DNA of 64,000 nucleotides from an uncultured Gammaproteobacteria bacterium (GTDB lineage Bacteria; Pseudomonadota; Gammaproteobacteria; DRLM01): NCBI GenBank assembly GCA_947259075.1, contig CAMYKQ010000057.1, positions 135,246 to 199,245 of the forward strand, read 5' to 3'. Shown piece by piece: positions 56,067 to 64,000 of this stretch (position 1 is its first letter; each line of letters starts with the position of its first letter). The notes under the pieces were generated by a model. It saw only the letters and a program-made list of their open reading frames with translations, ran no database searches and was not told where the DNA came from. The position numbers and the translations under genes were made by a program.

Positions 56067-56095
56067 CCCTCTCCCGGAGGGAGAGGGGGATTTTT
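56067..56095 (+). terminator. rho-independent terminator after wrbA
   Basis: CCCTCTCCC-GGA-GGGAGAGGG perfect 9-bp stem followed by GGATTTTT. Confidence 0.75.
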
Positions 56096-56259
56096 ACAAG
56101 TAGGTGGCCGAAAATCCGCGGAGCAGAGGCCGGAAAGCGATTTAAAAACGCGCTCCGTAGATTTTATCCAACCCAACTTTACACTTGCGGCTGGTTTTTC
56201 ATCTATAAACTCATAACGGGAACGCACGCGCGATGGCAGCGAAAAGAGGCCGACGCCGT

Positions 56260-56997
56260 TCAGGCCTCGGCCTCGAGCACGGATTTGACGAAGGGCACGG
56301 TAAGTTTGCGCTGCGCGGCGAGACTGGCGTGGTCGAGCAGGTCTAACAAGGCAAATAAGGCGTGCAGATCGCGGTGGCAATGGCGCAGCAGAAAACCCGC
56401 GACCTCCACCGGCAGCTCCATGCCGCGTTGCCGCGCCTGCAGGCGCAGCGCCCCGGCCTTGTCTTCATCGCTCAATTCGTGGAGCTGCAACACCACGCCC
56501 CAAGCCAGACGCGAACGCAGATCGGGCAGGCCCAAGGCCAGCGACGCGGGATTGGCGTCGGCCGCCACCAGCAATTGTCCGCCAGCCTCGCGCAGGCGGT
56601 TGTAGAGATGAAACAGCGCGGTCTCCCACTGGACATCGCCGGCAATGCGTTCGATGTCGTCGAGCACCACCAAAGGCAAGGCCTCCAATCCTTCGAGCAT
56701 TGCAAGCGAAAGCTGCTCCAACTCACTGAAGGGCAAGTAGGTCAGCGGCACGCCGCGCGCGGCGGCAGCGTGACAGGCGGCGTGCAGCAAATGGGTCTTG
56801 CCCGTACCCGCGCCACCCCACAGATACACACAGGCTTCGTCGCCGCGCTGCACGGCCTGCTCGAACACCCCCACCGCCTCGCGGTTGGCGCCCGGATAAT
56901 AATTGGCGAAGGTGGCGCCCGCCCGCAGGCGCACGCCAAGGGGCAATTGGGCGAATAAATGGGACACGCCGCTAGAGGACATAGTGGCCGCGCTCAC
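56260..56997 (-). CDS. hda: DnaA regulatory inactivator Hda
   Basis: Collinear with E. coli Hda (YLWGGAGTGKTHLLHAAC...IDDIE...LPDLRSRL). Confidence 0.85.
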   Translation of the reverse strand: MSAATMSSSGVSHLFAQLPLGVRLRAGATFANYYPGANREAVGVFEQAVQRGDEACVYLWGGAGTGKTHLLHAACHAAAARGVPLTYLPFSELEQLSLAMLEGLEALPLVVLDDIERIAGDVQWETALFHLYNRLREAGGQLLVAADANPASLALGLPDLRSRLAWGVVLQLHELSDEDKAGALRLQARQRGMELPVEVAGFLLRHCHRDLHALFALLDLLDHASLAAQRKLTVPFVKSVLEAEA

Positions 56998-58091
56998 GCG
57001 CCTTCATCACCGGCGTAGACGCGGCTGGCTAAATAGCGCTCATGGGCGTAGCGCAGTAACACGCCCACCACCGCCGCCACCGGCAAGGCCAGCAGCACGC
57101 CGACGAAGCCGAACAATTGCCCGCCCGCCATCACCGCGAAGATCACCCCCAGCGGGTGCAGGCGGATGCGGTCGCCCAGTAATAAAGGGGTGAAGACGAA
57201 GCTCTCCAGTACCTGCCCGACGCCGAACACACCCAGCACCAGCAGCAGATGATAGGCATCGTGAAATTGCATTAACACCGCCACCCCGGCGAATAAAACA
57301 CCAAGGATGAAGCCAAGATAGGGCACGAAGCTCACCAATCCCGCGAACAGACCGATGAGCAGGGCGAGCTCCAGCCCGACCAGCCACAGACCTGTGGTGT
57401 ACACCGTGGCCAGGGCTAGCATCACCGTGAGCTGGCCGCGGAGAAAATTGCCGAGCATGGCATCGCAATCCTGGGCCAGGCGGGTGACGACCGGCGCGTG
57501 ACGGCGCGGGATGAGCTCAGCGATGCGCGCCATCAGCACATCCCAATCACGCAGCAGATAAAACGTCACCAGCGGGATCAGCACCAAGGTCGCCAGCCAG
57601 CCCATCACCGCCAGACCCGAACGGGTCACCGACGCCAGCACGCCCGCCGCCACCCCGCCCACTTGCTGCCAATGGGCGAGCAAGGCCTGCTTGATACCTT
57701 CCAAATCCAAATTAAGATCGGCGAAACCCACGGCCTGCTGCAGCCAGGGCACGGCATTGAGTTGCAGCCAATCGAGATAGCCCGGCAGTTTAGCCGCCAG
57801 CACGCTCAGCTGCTGTTGCAGCAACGGCAGCAAGACCACGAGGGCCAGCACGAATACCGCCAGCATCACGATAAACACCAGCAGCACCGCCGCCGTGCGC
57901 GACAGGCCCTTGGCCTCCAAGCGGTCGGCCAAAGGATCGCCGAGATAGGCCAGGCCCGCGCCCACCAAAAACGGCGTGAGCACTGGCCCTAATAAATACA
58001 GCAATACACCGAAGGCGACGAAGCCCGCCAGCACCAGCCATTTTTGGGTATCGTTCAAGAGGCCCCGCTTGTCGTTATGCATCGCGTTCAT
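56994..58091 (-). CDS. AI-2E family transporter (PerM/YhhT-like)
   Basis: About 8 TM helices. Conserved hda-adjacent position. Start taken at MNAMHND. Confidence 0.8.
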   Translation of the reverse strand: MNAMHNDKRGLLNDTQKWLVLAGFVAFGVLLYLLGPVLTPFLVGAGLAYLGDPLADRLEAKGLSRTAAVLLVFIVMLAVFVLALVVLLPLLQQQLSVLAAKLPGYLDWLQLNAVPWLQQAVGFADLNLDLEGIKQALLAHWQQVGGVAAGVLASVTRSGLAVMGWLATLVLIPLVTFYLLRDWDVLMARIAELIPRRHAPVVTRLAQDCDAMLGNFLRGQLTVMLALATVYTTGLWLVGLELALLIGLFAGLVSFVPYLGFILGVLFAGVAVLMQFHDAYHLLLVLGVFGVGQVLESFVFTPLLLGDRIRLHPLGVIFAVMAGGQLFGFVGVLLALPVAAVVGVLLRYAHERYLASRVYAGDEGA

Positions 58092-58647
58092 CACCGCGCC
58101 GCCGTGCTTGATGATAGGCCCGTCTGCCCCAGGTCCACACATAATCGGCGCCGCTCAACACCGTGGTGGCGAACACGACATAAATCAGCGCCTCCATCAT
58201 GCCCGGCGGCAAGGGCAAAATACCGAGCGAGGCCACCGTCGCCACCGCGAGGACGATCTGCATCACCGTGTTCAATTTGCTAATCCAGCTCGGCGTCAAT
58301 TCATATCGGCCCACCAAATAATGGAAGGCCAGCGCGCCGCCGAACACCACGACATCGCGCGCCACCACGGCGGCGACCAGCCACAGCGGCAGCACCTCCA
58401 GCCAACCGAGCACCACATAGGTCGTGACCAGCAAGAGCTTGTCCGCCAGCGGATCGAGGATGGTCCCCAAGCGGCTGCGCCAGCCAAAACGCTTGGCCAG
58501 ATAACCGTCGACCCCATCGGAGATGCCCGCCACGAAAAAGGTGAACAAGGCCTCGGTGTAGCGCTGGGTGAGCAGGAACCACGCGACCGGGGCCACCAAG
58601 ATCATGCGCAGCACGCTAATGAGGTTGGGGATATCCTTCAGCTTCAC
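58075..58647 (-). CDS. pgsA: CDP-diacylglycerol--glycerol-3-phosphate 3-phosphatidyltransferase
   Basis: CDP-alcohol phosphatidyltransferase motif DGxxAR...G...D...D (SDGVDGYLAKRFG...LDPLADK). Collinear with E. coli PgsA. Confidence 0.85.
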   Translation of the reverse strand: MKLKDIPNLISVLRMILVAPVAWFLLTQRYTEALFTFFVAGISDGVDGYLAKRFGWRSRLGTILDPLADKLLLVTTYVVLGWLEVLPLWLVAAVVARDVVVFGGALAFHYLVGRYELTPSWISKLNTVMQIVLAVATVASLGILPLPPGMMEALIYVVFATTVLSGADYVWTWGRRAYHQARRRGDERDA

Positions 58648-59696
58648 GGCACTAAACGGTACTGCAATTCGCCACTCCCCCCGGGCTCACCCGGCGCGCC
58701 CGCCAGCGGCGCGAGCACACGGCCCAAGGCCAGGCTTTGCGTCAAGCCCTGTAACTCACCGCGCACCTGCACCTGATACACCACGCTGCCGCCCTGCACC
58801 CGCTGCACGGTCACGCCGCCCACCGGGTCCAGCCCGGTGAGATAACGCAGCACGCGGGCGTAATCCTGCACGCCGGCGACATTATCCACCACCAAGGTGG
58901 CGGCGCTGTTCACCCCCGGCGTCAGCACCAAGGCATAGCGCCGCGCCAGATCCTCGGTGACTTGATTGAGACCGGCGGTAATCACGTCCGCGACCGAGCC
59001 CTCCCCCGCCTCCCAGCTGCTGGTGTTACCCGCATGACGCAAGGTCCAGCGTCCGCGCCAGCGCTGCGGCCCCACCAAATACACCCGCCCCAGCAAGACC
59101 CCATCGGCCTGATAACGCCCCGAGACCCGCGCCACCGGGTCGGTGAATTGTCCCCAGACGTCGGCAAGACTCACGGCGTTTTGATCTTGCGCGTCCAGCG
59201 CGGGCAGGCTCAGCGGCAGGCCGCGGCGCTGCGCGCTGTCATTGACCAGGGCCTGCACGTCGGGCCGGCTGTCGCCGCCCACCAGCGCGCGCGAACCCGC
59301 ATCCTCCAGCGCCAGCCACAGCAGCAGCTTGGGGCGGTTGCGGTCCCACACCGGCAGGCCGGCATCGTAAATACGTTGATTGATGGTCTGGCGGTCGAAG
59401 CTCACGACGATGCTGGGGCCGGCCTCGCCACTGCGGTATTGATAGCGCTGCATCCACTGCTCGGCCTGCGGCAACAGGGCCTTGAGTTGCGGCTGGGCGG
59501 ACGCGGCTGGATTGCCCGTCACCTTCAGCAGCACCTCGGCGAGGGCGGCACGCGCGGCCCCGGCGCGGGCGGCGGCGCTTTGATCGGCCACCGCCACCTC
59601 CGCCTCGTACAGGCCCGGCGTTTCCACCGCCCACGGCGCGCGCGCCGGCAAGAGCAGCGCAGCCGTCAGCCACAAATACAGCGCCCATCGCTTCAT
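58644..59696 (-). CDS. DUF2066-domain periplasmic protein
   Basis: Signal peptide MKRWALYLWLTAALLLPARA. DUF2066 family typically sits next to perM-hda near purMN. Confidence 0.6.
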   Translation of the reverse strand: MKRWALYLWLTAALLLPARAPWAVETPGLYEAEVAVADQSAAARAGAARAALAEVLLKVTGNPAASAQPQLKALLPQAEQWMQRYQYRSGEAGPSIVVSFDRQTINQRIYDAGLPVWDRNRPKLLLWLALEDAGSRALVGGDSRPDVQALVNDSAQRRGLPLSLPALDAQDQNAVSLADVWGQFTDPVARVSGRYQADGVLLGRVYLVGPQRWRGRWTLRHAGNTSSWEAGEGSVADVITAGLNQVTEDLARRYALVLTPGVNSAATLVVDNVAGVQDYARVLRYLTGLDPVGGVTVQRVQGGSVVYQVQVRGELQGLTQSLALGRVLAPLAGAPGEPGGSGELQYRLVP

Positions 59697-59846
59697 GACG
59701 ATACTGATCCTCTGCAAAACCACCTATGGCGCGAAATGATACACGCTTCTCCCCCGCACCGGGTACGCCGGCGGGGACAAGGGGCGGCGCAACCGCTACA
59801 ATACGCGCACAATTTTTTGTGAACCGACACGGCGAAGAACATCACC

Positions 59847-60902
59847 ATGAGCAAGACACAGCCCCCCCAATCCGGATTGAGTTACCGCGACGCCGGCGTG
59901 GACATCGACGCCGGCGGCCGTTTGGTCGACCGCATCAAACCCATCGCCGCCCGCACCCGGCGCCCCGGCGTGCTCGCCGGTCTCGGCGGCTTCGGCGCGC
60001 TGTTCGAGATTCCTCCCGGCTATCAACAGCCGGTACTGGTCTCCGGCACCGACGGCGTCGGCACTAAATTAAAGCTGGCGATGCAACTCGGCAAGCACGA
60101 CAGCATCGGCATCGACCTGGTGGCGATGTGCGTCAACGACATCATCGTTCAAGGCGCCGAGCCGCTGTTCTTTCTCGACTACTACGCCACCGGCAAGCTC
60201 GACGTCGACGTCGCCGCCGCCGTGGTCAGCGGCATCGGCCGCGGCTGCGAACTGGCGGGCGCCGCGCTGGTGGGCGGCGAGACCGCGGAGATGCCCGGCA
60301 TGTATCACGGCGGCGATTACGACCTCGCCGGTTTCTGCGTCGGCGTGGTGGAAAAGACGCGCATCATCGACGGCAGCCAAGTGCGCGCGGGCGATGCGCT
60401 CATCGGCCTCGCCGCCTCCGGCCCGCATTCCAACGGCTATTCGCTGATCCGTAAAATCATCAACGTCAGCGGCGCCGATCTCAGCCAAGATTTTCACGGC
60501 CGCAGCCTGGGCGACACCTTATTAGAACCGACCCGCATCTACGTCAAATCGCTGCTGGCATTAATGAACGAAGTCCCGCCGCACGCCCTCGCCCACATCA
60601 CCGGCGGCGGCATCACCGAAAACCTGCCGCGCGTGCTGCCCGAAGACACTTGCGCCATCGTCGACACCGCGAGCTGGCCGCGCCCGCCGGTGTTCCAATG
60701 GCTGCAGGATCAGGGCAGGGTCGCCGATGAGGAGATGTACCGCACCTTCAATTGCGGCATCGGCATGATCGTCTGCGTGCCCGCCGCCGCGGCCGAGCGC
60801 GCGCTGCGGCTGCTGCGCGAACATGGCGAGACGGCGTGGCGCATCGGCGAAGTCGCGGCGCGCGAGAATGACAGCGAGCAAGTGATCCTGCGGCACGCAT
60901 GA
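59847..60902 (+). CDS. purM: phosphoribosylformylglycinamidine cyclo-ligase (AIR synthetase)
   Basis: [14 protein letters not shown]-terminus. Full PurM collinearity. Confidence 0.95.
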   Translation: MSKTQPPQSGLSYRDAGVDIDAGGRLVDRIKPIAARTRRPGVLAGLGGFGALFEIPPGYQQPVLVSGTDGVGTKLKLAMQLGKHDSIGIDLVAMCVNDIIVQGAEPLFFLDYYATGKLDVDVAAAVVSGIGRGCELAGAALVGGETAEMPGMYHGGDYDLAGFCVGVVEKTRIIDGSQVRAGDALIGLAASGPHSNGYSLIRKIINVSGADLSQDFHGRSLGDTLLEPTRIYVKSLLALMNEVPPHALAHITGGGITENLPRVLPEDTCAIVDTASWPRPPVFQWLQDQGRVADEEMYRTFNCGIGMIVCVPAAAAERALRLLREHGETAWRIGEVAARENDSEQVILRHA

Positions 60903-61555
60903 GCGCGGCAGCTCAGCCCCGTTTGCCTATCGTGGTGTTGATTTCGGGCAACGGCAGTAATTTACAAACACTCATCGACGCCGCCGCTCGCGGCGAGTTG
61001 CCCGTGGATATTCGCGCGGTAATCAGCAATCGCCCCGCGGCCTATGGGTTGGAACGCGCGCGCCGCGCCGGCATCCCCGCCGTGGTGGTAAATCACGGCG
61101 GCTACCCCGGCCGCGCCGCCTTCGACGCCGCGCTGCAACGGGCCATCGATGCGCATCAACCGGGCTTGGTGGTGCTCGCCGGTTTCATGCGCATCCTCAC
61201 GCCTGAATTCGTCGCGCACTATCACGGCCGCATGTTGAACGTGCATCCCTCCCTGCTACCCGCCTTCCGCGGCCTCGACACCCATCGCCGCGCACTGGAA
61301 GCGGGCGTGAAGGAACACGGCGTCAGCATCCATTTCGTCACCGCGGAATTGGACGGCGGCCCCGTGGTGGCGCAAGAAAAAATTCCGGTGCTGCCCGGCG
61401 ACGACGCCGAAAGTCTCGCGCAACGGGTGCAAGCGGCCGAACATATCTTGTATCCACGGGTGATACGCTGGTTCGCCGAAGGACGGCTGACATTGCGGGA
61501 AAACCGGGCTATGCTCGACGGCGAACCGGTCAAGGTTTTAGCAACGAACGAATAG
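60899..61555 (+). CDS. purN: phosphoribosylglycinamide formyltransferase
   Basis: ATGA overlap with pur[11 protein letters not shown] and HPSLLP motifs. Confidence 0.93.
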   Translation: MSAAAQPRLPIVVLISGNGSNLQTLIDAAARGELPVDIRAVISNRPAAYGLERARRAGIPAVVVNHGGYPGRAAFDAALQRAIDAHQPGLVVLAGFMRILTPEFVAHYHGRMLNVHPSLLPAFRGLDTHRRALEAGVKEHGVSIHFVTAELDGGPVVAQEKIPVLPGDDAESLAQRVQAAEHILYPRVIRWFAEGRLTLRENRAMLDGEPVKVLATNE

Positions 61556-61558
61556 CGG

Positions 61559-62320
61559 ATGACAACGTTGATCTCACTACACAAGGCTGTGTGTGTTTTA
61601 TTTTTAGGCTGGCTCTTGAGCGGGGGCGCGGTGAGCGCCGTCCACGCCGCCGCTGAAGCTATCGCCGTGCCGAAACTCCCCGACTTCAGCGCCCAATATG
61701 TGTTAAAGCGCAACGGCCTCACCTTGGGCAATGCGACGCGCAGCCTGCGCGCGACGAAGGACGGCAAGTACGTCTTCCAGTCCGTCACCTACGCCACCGG
61801 CATGATCGCCTGGTTCGTCAAAGACCGTATCGAAGAACGCAGCACCTGGACCTTCAATGGCGAACAAGTGCGTCCGTTGGAATATGTGTACGACCGCCAC
61901 GGCGGCAAAAAAACCCGGCGCGTCAAACTGGCCTTTGATTGGGAACGGATGACCGTGACCAATAATATCGACGGCGACCCCTGGCGCATGGACATCCCCG
62001 CGGACGCGCAAGACAAACTGCTCTATCAACTGGCTATCATGCAGGACTTGAAAAACGGCCGCGACAGCCTGCAATACAATATCGCCGACGGCGGCCGCTT
62101 GAAAAACTATGAATTCGAGATACTCGGCGAAGAGATGGTGAACACGCCCTTAGGCAAGCTCAAGACCATCAAGATCGAACGCCTCGATGATAAACGCGAC
62201 ACCACGGTGTGGTGCGCGCCAAGCCTGAACTACCTGCCGGTGCGGCTCGAGCAAGAGGAGTCGGACGGCAGCCACTTGAGCATGGATATCCTCTCGGTGA
62301 AAGGCTTGCCGGCGCGCTGA
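61559..62320 (+). CDS. DUF3108-domain protein
   Basis: Signal peptide. Conserved purN-downstream family in Gammaproteobacteria. Confidence 0.6.
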   Translation: MTTLISLHKAVCVLFLGWLLSGGAVSAVHAAAEAIAVPKLPDFSAQYVLKRNGLTLGNATRSLRATKDGKYVFQSVTYATGMIAWFVKDRIEERSTWTFNGEQVRPLEYVYDRHGGKKTRRVKLAFDWERMTVTNNIDGDPWRMDIPADAQDKLLYQLAIMQDLKNGRDSLQYNIADGGRLKNYEFEILGEEMVNTPLGKLKTIKIERLDDKRDTTVWCAPSLNYLPVRLEQEESDGSHLSMDILSVKGLPAR

Positions 62321-62342
62321 GGCCCGCCGCGCGTTTACCGTC

Positions 62343-62909
62343 TCAGGCCTTGGGCAAGGTCACGCCGCGCTGGCCTTGATATTTACCGCCGCGGTCCTTG
62401 TAAGATGTCTCGCATTCCTCGTCGGACTCCAAGAACAAGACCTGCGCCACGCCCTCGTTGGCGTAGATTTTCGCGGGCAGCGGCGTGGTGTTGGAAAATT
62501 CCAAGGTGACGTGGCCTTCCCACTCCGGTTCCAGCGGCGTGACATTGACGATGATGCCGCAGCGCGCGTAAGTGGATTTGCCCAGGCAGATCGTCAGCAC
62601 GCTGCGGGGGATGCGGAAATATTCCACCGTGCGCGCCAAGGCGAAGGAATTGGGCGGAATGATGCAGACCGCGGCCTTGATATCGACGAAACTGTTGGCG
62701 TCGAAATTCTTCGGGTCGACGATGGCCGAATTGATATTGGTGAAAATCTTGAATTCGTCGGCGCAGCGGATATCGTAGCCGTAGCTGGAGGTGCCGTAGG
62801 AAATCACGCGGCCGCTGGCGTTGTCGCGCACCTGCCCCGGCTCAAAGGGTTCGATCATGCCGTGGCGCTCGGCCATGCGGCGGATCCATTTATCTGACTT
62901 GATGCTCAT
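62343..62909 (-). CDS. dcd: dCTP deaminase
   Basis: [13 protein letters not shown] start and collinearity with Dcd. Confidence 0.93.
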   Translation of the reverse strand: MSIKSDKWIRRMAERHGMIEPFEPGQVRDNASGRVISYGTSSYGYDIRCADEFKIFTNINSAIVDPKNFDANSFVDIKAAVCIIPPNSFALARTVEYFRIPRSVLTICLGKSTYARCGIIVNVTPLEPEWEGHVTLEFSNTTPLPAKIYANEGVAQVLFLESDEECETSYKDRGGKYQGQRGVTLPKA

Positions 62910-62996
62910 GAATAGACCTTCAATTAATTATTGCCCGCTCTCTTTTCACCACACCGCCGCGCCGCGCGCCGCGCAGCGCGACGGCGCCGTGCCGCC

Positions 62997-64000
62997 TTAG
63001 GTATTTTGAATAACGATGTTGGGAAACTTGAGACTGTAATCGCGCGCGCGCAGGGCCAGGCTGGCGGCCACGCGCCGCGCGATATCACGGTAAATCGCCG
63101 CCACGGGGCCGTCCGGCTCCGCCGCCACCGTGGGGGTGCCGCCGTCGGCCTGCTCGCGAATTTTAATATCCAAGGGCAAGGCGCCGAGGAAGTCGACATT
63201 GTATTGCTGCGCCATGCGCTCGCCGCCGCCCGCGCCGAAGATATGCTCGGCGTGACCGCACTGACTGCAGATGTGGATACTCATATTCTCGACGATGCCC
63301 AGCACCGGCACCTCCACCTTCTCGAACATCTTGAGGCCTTTGCGGGCGTCGAGGAGGGCGATGTCCTGCGGCGTGGTGACGATCACCGCGCCGCTCACCG
63401 GAATGCGCTGCGACAAGGTTAATTGAATATCGCCGGTGCCCGGCGGCAGGTCCACCACTAAATAATCCAGGCCGTGCCAATTGGTTTCGCTCAGCAATTG
63501 CGTGAGCGCCTGAGTGACCATGGGGCCGCGCCAGATCATCGGCGCTTCTTCGTCGATGAGATAACCGATGGACATGGATTGAATGCCATGCGCCGGTACC
63601 GGCTCCATGGATTTGCCGTCTTTGCTTTCCGGGCGTTCCGCCGCACCCAGCATGCGCGGCTGGCTGGGGCCGTAAATATCGGCGTCGAGTATGCCCACCG
63701 CCGCACCCTCCGCCGCCAGCGCCAGGGCCAGATTCACCGCCGTGGTGGACTTGCCCACGCCGCCCTTGCCCGAAGCGACCGCGATGATGTTCTTCACATT
63801 CTTGAGTGGCGTGACACCGCGTTGCACCGCGTGAGAAACGATGTTCCAAGAAATATTAATCTCAGCCCGGCTCACACCCTCGATGGCCTCAACCCTGGCC
63901 TTGAGCTCGGCGGCCCATTGCGCGCGCAGGCCCGCGGCGGGGTAACCCAAGACCACGTCCACGCTCACGCGATCACCGTCGACCGCGATATTCTTAATGG
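62997..64000 (-). CDS. apbC: iron-sulfur cluster carrier protein Mrp/ApbC (N-terminus extends beyond window end)
   Basis: Walker A AVASGKGGVGKSTTAVNLALALA. CxxC (CSQCGH). E. coli Mrp alignment implies about 40 aa more upstream of 64000. Confidence 0.9.
   Translation of the reverse strand, partial: IKNIAVDGDRVSVDVVLGYPAAGLRAQWAAELKARVEAIEGVSRAEINISWNIVSHAVQRGVTPLKNVKNIIAVASGKGGVGKSTTAVNLALALAAEGAAVGILDADIYGPSQPRMLGAAERPESKDGKSMEPVPAHGIQSMSIGYLIDEEAPMIWRGPMVTQALTQLLSETNWHGLDYLVVDLPPGTGDIQLTLSQRIPVSGAVIVTTPQDIALLDARKGLKMFEKVEVPVLGIVENMSIHICSQCGHAEHIFGAGGGERMAQQYNVDFLGALPLDIKIREQADGGTPTVAAEPDGPVAAIYRDIARRVAASLALRARDYSLKFPNIVIQNT

Overview
High-GC (about 63-65%) gammaproteobacterium-like chromosomal segment, with one clearly lower-GC stretch (about 45%) at roughly 48.1-54.5 kb. 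Housekeeping blocks are confidently recognisable: acnA, clpB (with a textbook sigma-32 promoter), nadC, proS, hda-perM(AI-2E)-pgsA-DUF2066, purM-purN-DUF3108, dcd and mrp/apbC. Accessory material lies between them. (1) A group of secreted or surface proteins: a Sel1-repeat/trypsin-like protease fusion, a repeat-rich peptidoglycan-binding lipoprotein, a PEP-CTERM protein, a 1134-aa gingipain-like (peptidase C25) lipoprotein, a DUF4382/DUF5666 lipoprotein, and a CSLREA/PMP-repeat/DUF11 protein ending in a TM plus Arg-rich sorting-like tail. (2) A stand-alone 941-aa ACP-FAAL-lysophospholipid acyltransferase triple fusion. (3) The most interesting region, at 35.2-48.1 kb: a tightly packed minus-strand operon mmpL - FAAL - acyl-CoA/ACP dehydrogenase - ACP - single-module NRPS (starter C-A-T-TE with a Cys in the TE nucleophile position) - SRPBCC - Sfp-type PPTase - acylphosphatase, with a divergent MbtH gene. 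This looks like an uncharacterised lipo-amino-acid (mycobactin-tail-like) biosynthesis and export cluster. No tRNA, rRNA, CRISPR, integrase or transposase was seen. Several intrinsic terminators are called. Coordinates of minus-strand domains and motifs were derived by hand from the ORF track. All family assignments come from motif recognition only; no searches were run.
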